A stretch of 64,000 bases of DNA from Longimicrobiales bacterium (GTDB lineage: Bacteria; Gemmatimonadota; Gemmatimonadetes; Longimicrobiales; Gaopeijiaceae). Made by a program: the position numbers and the translations under genes. The stretch is taken from positions 1,440,001 to 1,504,000 of the forward strand of contig CAXXKM010000001.1 in the NCBI GenBank assembly GCA_963664435.2, in the 5' to 3' direction. Below the pieces are notes generated by a model, which was given only the letters and a program-made list of their open reading frames with translations, was not told the DNA's origin and made no database searches. This document shows, piece after piece, positions 36,679 to 47,067 of this stretch. Numbering within the stretch: position 1 is the first letter of the stretch; each line of letters opens with the position of its first letter.

Positions 36679-37554
36679 CTACACTTCCTCCAGCACCTCC
36701 GCGCGCACCCAGCCCACCTTGCCGTCGTCCAGCACGACCTCGAGCCACTCCTCGGAGCGGCGGTCCACGCGCACCCGGGTGCCCTCATGGATGACGAAGA
36801 GCTGGAGCGCGGGGTCGTCGGAGGGGGCGCTCTGGACGCCGACCTCGGCGGCGAGCACGATGGCCTGGCGAGCCTGGCCGAGTCCGGTTTCGCGCACAGC
36901 CAGGGTGGTGCCCAGCACCAGCACGAGGATGCCCCCCACCACCGCGGCCCGCCGCCCCCATGACGCCGCCCCCAACCGCAGAACCAGCCCCACCACCGCC
37001 CCCGCCGCCATCAGGTAGGCCGCGGCCGTCAGCCCGATGAGGAGGGAGCGCGGGAACAGGTTCATCCACCACGACCCGACCCGGAAGAGCCAGAAGCGGG
37101 GCAGCGGGACGATCTCGTCCGCCCCCAGCGAGCGGGCCAGCTCCAGGTTGGCGAGGATGTCGGCGTCGTTTGGGGCGAGGCGCCGCGCCCGCTCGTAATA
37201 GAGGATAGCCCGACCCAGCTCGTTCGCCTTGAAGTAGGCGTTGCCGATGTTGTAGTAGAGGCTCGCGCTCTCGAACCCCGCCTCGCGGACGCGCAGGTAG
37301 TTGTCGAGCGCGCCCTGGTAGTCCTCCTGCTGGTAGAGGCGGTTGCCCTCCGCGAAGAGTCCGTCCTGAGCGTGGAGCGGGGCAGCTGCGGGCGCTTGCA
37401 TGAGGACGCCGGCGGCCGCCAGCGCGAGCACCGCCCGTGCGCCGGTCGCGCGAAGTGCCTGCGCGGCCAGCCGGCTCACCGCCGTACGCACTCTTCCCGG
37501 CTCTCGGGGCGCCCGGCCCCGTCGCCGGGCCGGAAGGATCGCCCGCGCCCTCAT
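36679..37554 (-). CDS. batE: BatE-like TPR + SH3 protein
   Basis: LYYNIGNAYFK, AILYYERARRLAPND, IHEGTRV...GKVGWV; last gene of the bat operon. Start uncertain. Confidence 0.85.
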   Translation of the reverse strand: MRARAILPARRRGRAPREPGRVRTAVSRLAAQALRATGARAVLALAAAGVLMQAPAAAPLHAQDGLFAEGNRLYQQEDYQGALDNYLRVREAGFESASLYYNIGNAYFKANELGRAILYYERARRLAPNDADILANLELARSLGADEIVPLPRFWLFRVGSWWMNLFPRSLLIGLTAAAYLMAAGAVVGLVLRLGAASWGRRAAVVGGILVLVLGTTLAVRETGLGQARQAIVLAAEVGVQSAPSDDPALQLFVIHEGTRVRVDRRSEEWLEVVLDDGKVGWVRAEVLEEV

Positions 37555-39431
37555 CGGGCGAGGTGCTCCGCCACGGCCGCCATCGCCGACTCCACCCTGC
37601 CCAGGAAGCGCGCGCGCTCTTCCGCCGACGCGGTCGGGGGAGCGAAGCGCTGCCGGTCGCACTCCTCCAGGCACTCCAGGTAGGGTTCGGCGGCCTCCGG
37701 GGCGACGCCCAGGGCGGCCAGCCGCTCGCGCACCTCGTCCCGGATCATGCCGGCGGCGGCAATGTTGAGCTTGTCCGCCAGGAAGCCCTCCAGTGCGTGG
37801 CCGGTTTCCGCGTAGAAGGCGCGCACATCCTCGCCACCCGCCAGCTTGCGAGCCTCCGCAACGCGCTTGCGGGCCACCTTGGCCGCGCGCCTCGAGCGGG
37901 CGTAGGCGACGTCCCCGTGAAGCCGGTCCCGGTGGCGGCGCAGCCCCGCCGCCCCACCCACCGCCGCGAGCGGCAGGAGCAGGGTGATCCAGAAGAGCGG
38001 GTGCGCCAACAGCGTCCGGTTCGCAAGCACCAGCGCCGGCGTGCCGATGCGGATGAATCGGATGTCGGTGCGCAGCTCCTCCACTCCCGCCCGCACTCTG
38101 CCCGTCCCCAGCGGCCCGTCCTCAGCCACCCCGGTGACCTCGACCGCGAGCGCCCCGCTGGTCGCGACCTCGTATGTCTCGCTCCCTGGGTCGAAGTAGG
38201 CGAGCTCGACCGGCGGGATGGCCCCCACCCCCGGCACCCGGGGCACCAGCACGTACTCGTAGGTGCGCGTCCCGCTCACCCCCGCGTCGGTGCGGTCGAC
38301 GCGTTCGGTCACCTCGGGCGGGAAGGCCTCGAAGCCGGGCGGGACCTCCACCTCCGGCTCGGCCAGCATGCGCAGGTTGCCGCTCCCCGACACCACCACG
38401 GTCAGGGTGACCGCGTCGCTGATCTGCACGCTGTCGCGGTCGAGGGTGGCGGTGACGTCCAGGTCGCCCACGAAGCCGGTGAAGCCCTCCGGGCGCCCGC
38501 CGGGCAGGGGCAGCACCTCGATCTCGATCGGCCGCGAGGCCGCCGCCGTCGAAATGCTCGAGTTCAGCAGCGAGCCGCGCCCGAAGAAGTCCTCGAACGG
38601 GTCGAAGGCCGAGCGGCGGCGCACCCGCACCTGGGCCTCGATGCCGAGCGGCTCGAGGGTGCGGGTGCCCGACCCGGTCGGGAAGAGCGCCACCTTGCGG
38701 ATGGTCGCGGTAGTGTACTGCATTCCGTCCCGGACCGTTTGCCCGATCACCGGCTCGCGCACCGGCGGATACTCCTCCACCCAGAAGCCCGTGGCCGGGG
38801 GCAGCTGGGTGATGCTGTACGAACTCACGTTCACGCGCGTGAAGATGCGGTAGTCGACCACCACCGGCTGGTTCTCGTACACCTGCCGCCGGCTCGGCAC
38901 CGCCTCGACCAACAGGTCCTCGGGCGCGATGCCGCGGTCGGCCGCCCCCGGCCCGGCCGATGGCCCTTGCGGGACGGGCGCATCGGAAACGTTCAGGGTG
39001 AGCGGCTCCGTGGTGAACCCACCTCCGCCGGCCTGCACGCCAATGGGATCGATGGTGAAGGTGCCGGCGCGCGTGGCCTGGAAGCGGTACTGGATGGTGA
39101 GGGTGACGCTGGTGCGCCCTCCGGACATCTGTATCGAACTCGACGAACCGCTCCCGAGATACACCGAGAAGGCGGTGAGGTCGGGGAGTTCGGGATCGCC
39201 GTCCACCTGCTGCGTGCCCGACACTTCCAGGTTGACCACGAACTGCTGCCCCACGCCCACCTGGTTGCTGCTCAGATAGGCGCGCGCGCCGACGTCCTGG
39301 GCGGCGGCGTCCGCCGGGCCCACAGCCGACGCGAATCCGAGCCACAAAACCGCTGCGGGAACAATCGCGAAACGCCGGGCAACGCATCGGCGAGCCGCGG
39401 TCAAACTCCGAAAAACCCGCACTCCGCTCAT
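37551..39431 (-). CDS. batD: BatD family protein
   Basis: Signal peptide, Ig-like BatD repeats, RKVALFP, single C-terminal TM, RFAP tail; operon position. Confidence 0.88.
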   Translation of the reverse strand: MSGVRVFRSLTAARRCVARRFAIVPAAVLWLGFASAVGPADAAAQDVGARAYLSSNQVGVGQQFVVNLEVSGTQQVDGDPELPDLTAFSVYLGSGSSSSIQMSGGRTSVTLTIQYRFQATRAGTFTIDPIGVQAGGGGFTTEPLTLNVSDAPVPQGPSAGPGAADRGIAPEDLLVEAVPSRRQVYENQPVVVDYRIFTRVNVSSYSITQLPPATGFWVEEYPPVREPVIGQTVRDGMQYTTATIRKVALFPTGSGTRTLEPLGIEAQVRVRRRSAFDPFEDFFGRGSLLNSSISTAAASRPIEIEVLPLPGGRPEGFTGFVGDLDVTATLDRDSVQISDAVTLTVVVSGSGNLRMLAEPEVEVPPGFEAFPPEVTERVDRTDAGVSGTRTYEYVLVPRVPGVGAIPPVELAYFDPGSETYEVATSGALAVEVTGVAEDGPLGTGRVRAGVEELRTDIRFIRIGTPALVLANRTLLAHPLFWITLLLPLAAVGGAAGLRRHRDRLHGDVAYARSRRAAKVARKRVAEARKLAGGEDVRAFYAETGHALEGFLADKLNIAAAGMIRDEVRERLAALGVAPEAAEPYLECLEECDRQRFAPPTASAEERARFLGRVESAMAAVAEHLAR

Positions 39432-40159
39432 CGCCAGTTCTTGCGCGGTCTCCGGCCGAGCGAGTCCGCCCGCGGCGGGCGATCGACCTCGTCGGGGTCT
39501 TCCTGGATCGCCTGGAGAAGGCGCTCGGCCTCCTCGGGCGTCATCTGCCCGGGGGGCGGCTGAGCGGGTTGCTCCTGATCCTGCTCGTCGTTCTCGGGCG
39601 GAGGCTGGTCCTGCTCCTGCTCATCCTGCTCCGGATCTCCCTGCGGGGGAGGCTGTTGCTGATCCTGGTTCTCCTGGTTCTGATCGTCCTGATTCTGATC
39701 CTGCTGGTCCTGCTGATTCTCCTGCTCCTCCATCTGCTCCAGCACGCGCTCGAGATTGTGCTTGGCGTCGGTGTCTCCGGGATCGATGCGGAGCGCCTGC
39801 TTGTAGGCCTCAAGGCTCGCGTCCAGTTGCTGCCGGCGGAAGAGGGAGTTGCCCAGGTTGTACCAGGCGCCCTGGGCCAGCGCCGTGTCCCCGGCTTCGA
39901 GGGCGTCCTGATAGGCCTCCAGCGCCCGCTCGAACTCCTGATTCCGGTAGAGTGCGTTGCCCTCGTTGAAGCGGATCAGCGGAGAACCGGGATTCTCGCG
40001 CAGCGCCTCCAGGTACATCTCGTGCGCCTCGGCGTAGCGGCCCTCGGCATAGAGCCGGTTGGCCTCCTCCACCAGCGAGCGCTGGGCGCTCAGTGCACCA
40101 GGCACGAGCAGCGTCCCCATCATCATCCAGAGGACCTTCTTCATTACGTCCCTCTTCAT
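39428..40159 (-). CDS. batC: BatC-like TPR protein with Q/D/E-rich linker
   Basis: FNEGNALYR, WYNLGNSLF, YKQALRIDPGDTDAKHNLE, MTPEEAERLL, KNW tail. Confidence 0.88.
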   Translation of the reverse strand: MKRDVMKKVLWMMMGTLLVPGALSAQRSLVEEANRLYAEGRYAEAHEMYLEALRENPGSPLIRFNEGNALYRNQEFERALEAYQDALEAGDTALAQGAWYNLGNSLFRRQQLDASLEAYKQALRIDPGDTDAKHNLERVLEQMEEQENQQDQQDQNQDDQNQENQDQQQPPPQGDPEQDEQEQDQPPPENDEQDQEQPAQPPPGQMTPEEAERLLQAIQEDPDEVDRPPRADSLGRRPRKNWR

Positions 40160-41202
40160 TGACCGCTTTCCCTCCACGCGGCCGCGCGTCCCGCGACAGT
40201 GGCCCGTCGGCGCGCCGGAAGCAGCGGTTCGATCAGCAGCAGCAGGATGGCCGCTCCCAGGAAAAGCTGGAACTGCTCCTCGAACTGCGCGATCTCGCGG
40301 GCATCGATCTCGCGCGTGCCCACCGCGCTCATCTCCTCGATGAGGGCATCGAGCTCGACGCTCTGCGGGGTGCTGAGATAGAAGCCTCCCCCCGTGGCGT
40401 CGGCGATCCGGCGCAAGGTAGCCCCGTCCAGGCGCGTGGTCACGACGTTGCCGTCGGCATCCCTCAGGAAGCCCTGCCTGTTGCCCGCGGCGTCGAATTC
40501 GGGGATGGGGACCCCGTCCAGCGAGCCGATGCCCACCGTGAAGACGCGCACGCCGGTATCGTTGGCGCGCCGGATGGCCTGGTCGACCTCGCCCTCGTGA
40601 TCCTCCCCGTCGGTCACGACGAGGAGTACCCGGAACTCGCGCACCTCCTCGTCGAAGAGGTCGAGCGCTACGTTCATCGCCTCGCCCAGATTGGTCCCCT
40701 GCACCGGAACCAGATCCACGTCCATGGCGCTCAGGAAGAGCTGGGTGGCGGCGTAGTCGGTGGTGAGCGGGCTCTGCACGAAGGCCTGTCCGGCGAAGGC
40801 CACCAGGCCGACCCGGTCGCCGTCGAGCCGGTCCACCAGGCGCAGGATCTCCAGCTTGGCGCGCTGCAGCCGGTTCGGGGCGACGTCCTCCGCGAGCATG
40901 GAGCGGGACAGATCGAGCGCCACGACGACGTCCTTGCCTTCTCGGCGCACGGTCTCCACGCGGGTTCCGAACTGAGGACGGGCCAGAGCCGTGAGCATGA
41001 GGCCGACGCTCCCGAGCAGGAGGAAGGTGCGCAGCGTGCGGTTGCGCGCGTGCACCGATGCCGCCAGCCGCTGCACGAGTTCGCTGTCGCCGAAGCGGTT
41101 CAGCGCTCGCCGTCGAGCGCGCGCTCCATGCCGGAGCAGCAGCGCCAGCAGGGGCACCAGCAGCAGCCCGAAGAGAAGTTCGACGGATCCGAATCTGAAC
41201 AT
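40156..41202 (-). CDS. batB: BatB-like VWA domain protein
   Basis: ALARPQFG, DLSRSM MIDAS motif, PLTTDY, VTDGEDH. Confidence 0.9.
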   Translation of the reverse strand: MFRFGSVELLFGLLLVPLLALLLRHGARARRRALNRFGDSELVQRLAASVHARNRTLRTFLLLGSVGLMLTALARPQFGTRVETVRREGKDVVVALDLSRSMLAEDVAPNRLQRAKLEILRLVDRLDGDRVGLVAFAGQAFVQSPLTTDYAATQLFLSAMDVDLVPVQGTNLGEAMNVALDLFDEEVREFRVLLVVTDGEDHEGEVDQAIRRANDTGVRVFTVGIGSLDGVPIPEFDAAGNRQGFLRDADGNVVTTRLDGATLRRIADATGGGFYLSTPQSVELDALIEEMSAVGTREIDAREIAQFEEQFQLFLGAAILLLLIEPLLPARRRATVAGRAAAWRESGQ

Positions 41203-42195
41203 TTACGGCAGCTTGCGCAGGACGGTGTTGGCGAGCCCGGCCTCGATCAGCAGAAGCAGGAGGCCGACCGCCAGAGGGAAGTGAAAGAGCTCGGTGTAGC
41301 GGGTGAAGTTCTGCACCTCGATCTCGGTGGTTTCCAGCTCGTCGATTTCCTGGTAGATGCTCGCCAGGCTCTCGGTGTCGGTCGCCCGGAAGTAGCGCCC
41401 GCCGGTGGTGCTGGCGACCTCCGCCAGGGTTTCCTCGTCGACGTCCACGCGTACGGTGGCGTAGCGACGGCCGAGCAGCGGGTCGTCGACCGGCACGCGC
41501 GCCGTTCCGCGCGATCCCGCCCCGATCGTATACACCCGCACGCCCAGGGCCTGTGCCATCTGCGCGGCGGTGAGCGGGTCGATCTCGCCGCGGTTGTTGC
41601 GGCCATCGGTGAGCAGCACCACCACCTTCGATTCGGCCACGCTCTCGTTCAGCCGCTTGATCGCGGTCGCGAGGCCCATCCCCACGGCGGTGCCGTCCTC
41701 GACCATGCCCACCTCCAGCTCGTCCATGAGGTCGCGGACGACGCCGTAGTCGAGGGTGAGCGGCACCTGGGTGAAGGCCTGCCCCGCGAACACCACCAGG
41801 CCGATGCGGTCGTTGATCCGTCCCGATACGAAGTCGGCCGCCACCTGCCTGGCGGCGTCGATGCGGTTGGGCTCGAGGTCCTCGGCCAGCATGGAGCTCG
41901 ATATGTCCAGCACCAGCACGATGTCGATGCCCTCGGTGAGGATGTTCTCGCTGGTGACGCCGGCGCGGGGCCGGGCGAAGGCCACCACCAGCGCGGCGAT
42001 GGCCAGCAGGCGCAGCAGGGGCAGGACGTGACGCCAGCGTCCGCCCCGGCGGATGTCGGCGCGGCGCACGGCGGAAAGGTCCGAATACACCAGCGAGCCG
42101 CCCTTGCGGGTCCGGCGGCGGAAGTACCACCACGCCAGGGCGGGGACCGCGAGCAGCAGCGAGAGGAAGGCGGGGTCGGCGAACTCGAAGTTCAT
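41203..42195 (-). CDS. batA: BatA-like VWA domain protein
   Basis: AFARP, DISSSM, DGTAVGMGLA, LTDGRNNRG, IDELE. Confidence 0.9.
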   Translation of the reverse strand: MNFEFADPAFLSLLLAVPALAWWYFRRRTRKGGSLVYSDLSAVRRADIRRGGRWRHVLPLLRLLAIAALVVAFARPRAGVTSENILTEGIDIVLVLDISSSMLAEDLEPNRIDAARQVAADFVSGRINDRIGLVVFAGQAFTQVPLTLDYGVVRDLMDELEVGMVEDGTAVGMGLATAIKRLNESVAESKVVVLLTDGRNNRGEIDPLTAAQMAQALGVRVYTIGAGSRGTARVPVDDPLLGRRYATVRVDVDEETLAEVASTTGGRYFRATDTESLASIYQEIDELETTEIEVQNFTRYTELFHFPLAVGLLLLLIEAGLANTVLRKLP

Positions 42196-43514
42196 CGTCC
42201 CTCTCCGCTCGCGAGCGGGATGACCCGGGGTTGCGCGCGCTCACGCCCCGTGACGCTCTGGCGCTCCGGCCCGGCCTGATCCGCCCCCGCGCCCCCGCCT
42301 GTTTCCGGCCCGCCCTCGACCGCTTCCGGTCCGGCGTCGCCCGCTTCGGGTCCGCGCTCGGCTGCTTCCGGTCCGCGCTCGGCTGCTTCCGGTCCGCTGT
42401 TGACCGCTTCCGGCTCGCCCTCCGTCCGCGCGTCGTTCCTTCCCTGGTCGCGGGACACCCCGTCCTGCCCCCTGTCCCCTTCCGTGTCCTCATCCAGCTC
42501 GGGCTCCGGCGGGGGCAGGGTCGCGTCGACGAGCGCGCGAGCATCCGGGACGATCAGGGCGCACGCGGTCGGGCTCGGGCGGTGTTTTGCGAATTTGACC
42601 AGGTCGCAGTGCTCCATGAAGGCGGTGAAACGATCGTGGACGTCCCAGGCGATGTCGGTGCGCTCCAGGTGCTCGAGCACCTCCCGGCTGGTCATCTCAG
42701 GCGCCCGGATCGCGTAGCGGCCTTCCAGGTAGCGCCGGATGATGTCCGACACCTCGATGTGGTACTCCTTGATGCGCCCCTGTGCCAGCAGCCCCGACGA
42801 TTCGAGCCAGTCGAGCTCCTCGCAGGCGATCTCGTGCGCGGGGCGCGGTGGGCCTTCGGTGACGGGGCCCTCGTCGGTCGTGCGCTGCCGGGCGCGGCGT
42901 GCGAGCCACCAGCCGCCGCCCGCGGCCAGGACGAGCGCGAGGAGCCAGAGGCCGATCGCAAGCCAGCTGCGCGGGATGGAGAGCGGGCCCCGGATGTCGC
43001 GGATGTCCTGCCCTTCGTCGAGCCCGACACTCGCCACCGCAATGCCGAAGGGGTCGGTGACGAGGTCGGTGACGCCCCCGGGGGAGGCTACTCCCACCGT
43101 GAAGCTCGGGATCTCCAGCTCGCCCAGTTCGAAGGCGGTGAGGGTGAGCACGGCCGTGGTGGTGGCGCGGCCGTCGGCCATGGTGGTGGGGTTCACCACC
43201 GCGTCGAGCACCTCGAAGGGCGCGAGGTCGAGCGAGTCGGGCCACTGCACGGTCGCGTCGGGAGCGTGTTCGACCGCGACGGTCAGGTGGAGGCGCCCGC
43301 CCACCGTGGTCGTGGTGGTGTCGACCGCCACGCGGAGGGAGGGGGGTGCGGGGAGTTCCTGGGGGGAGGCGGGGGTGGGGGTGGCGCCCGTCGCCGGAAG
43401 CCCCATCAACGCGGCACAGAAGGCGACCCGCGCCGCACCGGCACAACGTTCCCAGGACGTCATCGCCTCGCCCGGCCTCGCCCACCTCGACATCAACGTG
43501 GCCCACCCCCTCAT
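42192..43514 (-). CDS. Bat-operon membrane protein with low-complexity GPEA repeat tail
   Basis: DIRDIRGP, TM helix, IRRYLEGRY...EMTSRE, DLVKFAK; 21-bp repeats at about 42300-42415. Start uncertain. Confidence 0.8.
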   Translation of the reverse strand: MRGWATLMSRWARPGEAMTSWERCAGAARVAFCAALMGLPATGATPTPASPQELPAPPSLRVAVDTTTTTVGGRLHLTVAVEHAPDATVQWPDSLDLAPFEVLDAVVNPTTMADGRATTTAVLTLTAFELGELEIPSFTVGVASPGGVTDLVTDPFGIAVASVGLDEGQDIRDIRGPLSIPRSWLAIGLWLLALVLAAGGGWWLARRARQRTTDEGPVTEGPPRPAHEIACEELDWLESSGLLAQGRIKEYHIEVSDIIRRYLEGRYAIRAPEMTSREVLEHLERTDIAWDVHDRFTAFMEHCDLVKFAKHRPSPTACALIVPDARALVDATLPPPEPELDEDTEGDRGQDGVSRDQGRNDARTEGEPEAVNSGPEAAERGPEAAERGPEAGDAGPEAVEGGPETGGGAGADQAGPERQSVTGRERAQPRVIPLASGEGR

Positions 43515-44389
43515 CGCCGCCGCCGCTCCCGCTCCTTGAAGAAGCGCATCAGGGGCCGCACGTACGGCCGGTCCGCGCGCACGTCGATCAGGTCCACCTT
43601 GCCGTGGCGGAGCGTCCGCTCGAGTTCCTCCTCGACCGCGGCCCGGTTGCGCCCGAAGGCCTCCTGGAAGCTCCGGTCCGAGGTGTTCACCACGAACCGC
43701 TCTCCCGTCTCGGCGTCCTCGAACTCCACCAGCCCGATGGGAGGCAGCTCCGCCTCCCGCCGGTCCCGCACCCGCACCGCGATGGTGTCGTGGCGCCGCC
43801 CGGCGATGTTGAGCGCGCGCCCGAACCCGCCCGCCAGGAAATCCGACACCAGAAACACCACCGCCCGCCGCCGGGTCACGCGCGTCAGGTACTCGAGGGC
43901 CATCCGGATGTCGGTCCCGCTCCGGTCGGGCCGATGATACAGCAGTTCCCGGAGCACCCGCAGCACATGCCGGCGCCCCTTGCGCGGAGGCACGAACTTC
44001 TCGATCCGGTCGCTGAAGAGGATCAGCCCGACCTTGTCGTTGTTCTTGATCGCGCTGAAGGCCAGCAGGGCGCAGATCTCCACCGCCACGTCGCCCTTCA
44101 TGCGCACCCGCGTCCCGAAGTTGCCCGAGGCGCTCACGTCCACCACCAGCATGACGGTGAGCTCGCGCTCCTCCTCGAACACCTTCACGAACGGGGTGCC
44201 GGTGCGCGCCGTCACGTTCCAGTCGATGCTGCGAATATCGTCCCCGTACTGATACTCGCGCACCTCCGCGAAATTCATGCCCCGTCCCTGGAAGACGGAG
44301 TGGTATTCGCCGGAGAAGACCTCGTTCACGAGACCCCGGGTGGTGATCTCGATGCGGCGGACCTTGCGAAGGATTTCGCTGGCGATCAT
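43511..44389 (-). CDS. DUF58 domain protein
   Basis: YHSVFQGRGMNFAEVREYQYGDDIRSIDWNVTAR, FEEEREL, FLVSDF. Confidence 0.93.
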   Translation of the reverse strand: MIASEILRKVRRIEITTRGLVNEVFSGEYHSVFQGRGMNFAEVREYQYGDDIRSIDWNVTARTGTPFVKVFEEERELTVMLVVDVSASGNFGTRVRMKGDVAVEICALLAFSAIKNNDKVGLILFSDRIEKFVPPRKGRRHVLRVLRELLYHRPDRSGTDIRMALEYLTRVTRRRAVVFLVSDFLAGGFGRALNIAGRRHDTIAVRVRDRREAELPPIGLVEFEDAETGERFVVNTSDRSFQEAFGRNRAAVEEELERTLRHGKVDLIDVRADRPYVRPLMRFFKERERRRR

Positions 44390-44393
44390 CCGG

Positions 44394-45395
44394 TCACGGC
44401 ACCTCGATGTTGTCCAGAATGCGCGTCACCACATCCTCCGGGGTGACCTCCTCCGCCTCCGCCTCGTAGGTGACCAGCACCCGGTGGCGGAGCACATCCA
44501 TCCCCACCGAGCGCACGTCCTCCGGGGTCACGTAGCCGCGACGGCGCAGGAAAGCGTGGGCCCTCGCCGTCTTCGCCAGGCAGATGCTCGCCCGCGGTGA
44601 ACCGCCGTACGCGATGAGCTGCACCAGGTCGTCCAGCCCGCAGGCGGCCGGATCGCGGGTCGCGAACACCAGGTCGACGATGTAGCGCTCGATCTGGGGG
44701 TCCATGTACACCATCTCGACGGCGTCGCGCGCCCGCAGGATCTCTTCGGGACGCACCACCGGAGTCACCTCGCGCGCAGGCCCCGTCGCCATGCGCCGCA
44801 TGATCTCGAGCTCCTCGTCCTTGTCGGGATAGCCCACCGCGAGCTTCAGCATGAAGCGGTCCACCTGGGCCTCCGGCAGGGGATAGGTGCCCTCCTGCTC
44901 GATGGGATTCTGGGTGGCGAGCACGAGGAAGGGATCGTCGAGCGGGAAGGTGGTCTGTCCGATGGTGACGGTGTGCTCCTGCATCGCCTCCAGCAGCGCC
45001 GCCTGGACCTTGGCCGGAGAGCGGTTGATCTCGTCGGCGAGGATGATGTTGGCGAAGATGGGGCCCCTGCGGGTCTTGAAGTCCGACTCCCTGGGGTCGA
45101 AGACCAGGGTCCCGATGAGGTCCGCGGGCAGCAGGTCGGGCGTGAACTGGATGCGCTGGAAGGAGGTGCGGATGGCCGCCGCCAGGGTGCGCACGGTCAG
45201 GGTCTTCGCGAGCCCGGGCACGCCTTCCAGGAGCACGTGCCCGTCGGAGAGCAGGCCGATCAGCAGCCGCTCCACCATATAGCGCTGGCCCACGATCACG
45301 CGCCCGACTTCATCCAGCAGGCGCTCCACGAAGGCGCTCTCCTCGCGGATCTTGTCCTGGATGGCGGCGATGTCGTGTCTGGTTGAGGTGGTCAT
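44394..45395 (-). CDS. moxR: MoxR family AAA+ ATPase
   Basis: EGVPGLAKT, IQFTPDLLPAD, LADEINR, ATQNPIEQEGTYPLPEAQVDRF. Confidence 0.95.
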   Translation of the reverse strand: MTTSTRHDIAAIQDKIREESAFVERLLDEVGRVIVGQRYMVERLLIGLLSDGHVLLEGVPGLAKTLTVRTLAAAIRTSFQRIQFTPDLLPADLIGTLVFDPRESDFKTRRGPIFANIILADEINRSPAKVQAALLEAMQEHTVTIGQTTFPLDDPFLVLATQNPIEQEGTYPLPEAQVDRFMLKLAVGYPDKDEELEIMRRMATGPAREVTPVVRPEEILRARDAVEMVYMDPQIERYIVDLVFATRDPAACGLDDLVQLIAYGGSPRASICLAKTARAHAFLRRRGYVTPEDVRSVGMDVLRHRVLVTYEAEAEEVTPEDVVTRILDNIEVP

Positions 45396-45581
45396 GTGCC
45401 TTTTCGGATCATGTGGATGTCGAATCGAGGACGCGCGCCGCGACGATTCAAGCAGGCGCCGCAGCGACGAATCTACGGCGCGGCGCGTGACAGCGGACCT
45501 GCGCGTCGCTTCCCGGAAAATATGATAGCACAGGCGGCCAAAACGTTGCGCGCGCGCGGGCAGTCGGGGCAACTTGGGGCC

Positions 45582-45923
45582 ATGGCACCATCTGACGGCG
45601 GACACACGAGCGCGGATCCGGTCCTCGAGCAGGCCGCCGGCTGGCTGCGCGATGGGCGCCGGGTGGCGCTGGCGACGGTCACGCGCACCTGGGGCTCGGC
45701 GCCGCGCCGCGCCGGGAGCCACATGGCGGTGGCCGAGGGCGGGGATTTCACCGGATCGGTCTCCGGCGGATGCGTGGAATCGGCCGTCATCCACGCCGCG
45801 ATGGAGGTCATCGAATCCGGCGATCCGCAGCGGCTCAAGTTCGGCGTCACCAACGAGATGGCGTGGGAAGTCGGGCTCGCTTGCGGCGGCGAGGTGGAGA
45901 TCTACGTCGAAGCGGTGCGCTGA
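45582..45923 (+). CDS. XdhC/CoxF family protein, N-terminal half of a split xdhC
   Basis: ATVTRTWGSAPR, GSVSGGCVE, GLACGG. Confidence 0.9.
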   Translation: MAPSDGGHTSADPVLEQAAGWLRDGRRVALATVTRTWGSAPRRAGSHMAVAEGGDFTGSVSGGCVESAVIHAAMEVIESGDPQRLKFGVTNEMAWEVGLACGGEVEIYVEAVR

Positions 45924-45926
45924 TCC

Positions 45927-46646
45927 GTGAGATCCGCCCTCCTCGACACCCTTATTGAAGCGCAGCGGTCCGGGCACAGCGTCGTCCTGGCGACCCGGCT
46001 GAGCGACGGCGCCCAGGAGCTGCTGAGAATCGGGCCCGCCGGGGCGCGCGAACCGCGGTCCATGGAGGGCGTCTCGGCCGACCAGGTCTACGCCGCCCTG
46101 CGCGCCGAGGAGGCCCGGGTGGCCGAGACCGCCGATGGTCCCGTCCTTCTCCGCCCGTACACGGTGCCCCGCAGGCTGCTGGTGGTGGGGGCGGTGCACA
46201 TCGCCCAGGTACTGGCGCGCACCTCCCCGGAGGTCGGCCTTCCCGCCACCATCATCGACCCGCGCGCGGGCTTTGCGACCCGCGAGCGCTTCCCCACCGC
46301 CGAGCTGGTTCGGGCGTGGCCGGACGAGGCGCTGGAGCGGATCGAACTGGACGACCGATGCGCGGTGGTGGTGCTCGCCCACGATCCCAGGATCGATGAC
46401 CCGGCGCTTACCGCCGCGCTCGGCAGCGACGCCTTCTACATCGGCGCGCTGGGCGGACGCCGCACCCGCCGGCAGCGCCGGGAGCGCCTCGTCGAGGCCG
46501 GCTTCGGCCCGGAAGCGGTAGCGCGCATCCACAGCCCGGTGGGGCTCCCCATCGGCGCCCGCACCCCCGCCGAAATCGCCTTCTCCATCCTGGCGCAGAT
46601 CATCGACGGCATTCGCAACCCGGGGGCGTCGCCGCTGGCGCGATAG
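45927..46646 (+). CDS. xdhC: XdhC family protein, C-terminal Rossmann half
   Basis: VVGAVHIAQ, IDPR, HDPRIDD, YIGALG, PVGLPIGARTPAEIA. Confidence 0.88.
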   Translation: MRSALLDTLIEAQRSGHSVVLATRLSDGAQELLRIGPAGAREPRSMEGVSADQVYAALRAEEARVAETADGPVLLRPYTVPRRLLVVGAVHIAQVLARTSPEVGLPATIIDPRAGFATRERFPTAELVRAWPDEALERIELDDRCAVVVLAHDPRIDDPALTAALGSDAFYIGALGGRRTRRQRRERLVEAGFGPEAVARIHSPVGLPIGARTPAEIAFSILAQIIDGIRNPGASPLAR

Positions 46647-46775
46647 GGCCGCGAGGTGGCGGGAACCGGGGAGGAATGAACGGGGCGCCCATTGGCAGGA
46701 CGGGCGTCCGAGTGCAGGAGCAGCGATGCGAATCAAGGATCCCGCAGCAGGATCTTGCGGCGCGCCCGAGAGCGG

Positions 46776-46796
46776 ACTTAGTTTACCGACCTAAGT
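46776..46796. promoter_or_regulatory. Probable TA operator palindrome ACTTAG-N9-CTAAGT
   Basis: Inverted repeat 25 nt upstream of the antitoxin start. Confidence 0.5.
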
Positions 46797-46821
46797 TCAT
46801 CCACTTCCGGGAGCCATCGTC

Positions 46822-47067
46822 ATGCGCACCTACAACATGCATGAAGCCAAGACGCACCTCTCGCGCCTGGTGCGGGAGGCCGTCGACGGAGAGCCGTTCA
46901 TCATCGCCCGCGCGGGCAGGCCGCTGGTCAAGGTGACGGCGGTGGACGGGGACGAGGACGGGGCCGCGCGGCGCCTGGGCTTCCTCGCCGGGCACGTCAC
47001 GCTTCCACCCGATTTCGATCGCATGGGCAGGAAGAAGATCGAGGCATCTTTCGAGGGCAGACCATGA
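46822..47067 (+). CDS. Phd/YefM family antitoxin
   Basis: NMHEAKTHLSRLV...GEPFIIARAGRP; ATGA overlap with the toxin gene. Confidence 0.92.
   Translation: MRTYNMHEAKTHLSRLVREAVDGEPFIIARAGRPLVKVTAVDGDEDGAARRLGFLAGHVTLPPDFDRMGRKKIEASFEGRP

Noticed and set aside
44394..46736. 780-aa MoxR as given in the ORF track (likewise the extended starts for 1046-4120, 21043-24465, 39428-42544, 56204-58996, 60689-63418)
   Set aside because: The extensions overlap other real genes; starts were reassigned using RBS position, stop/start overlaps and domain boundaries.
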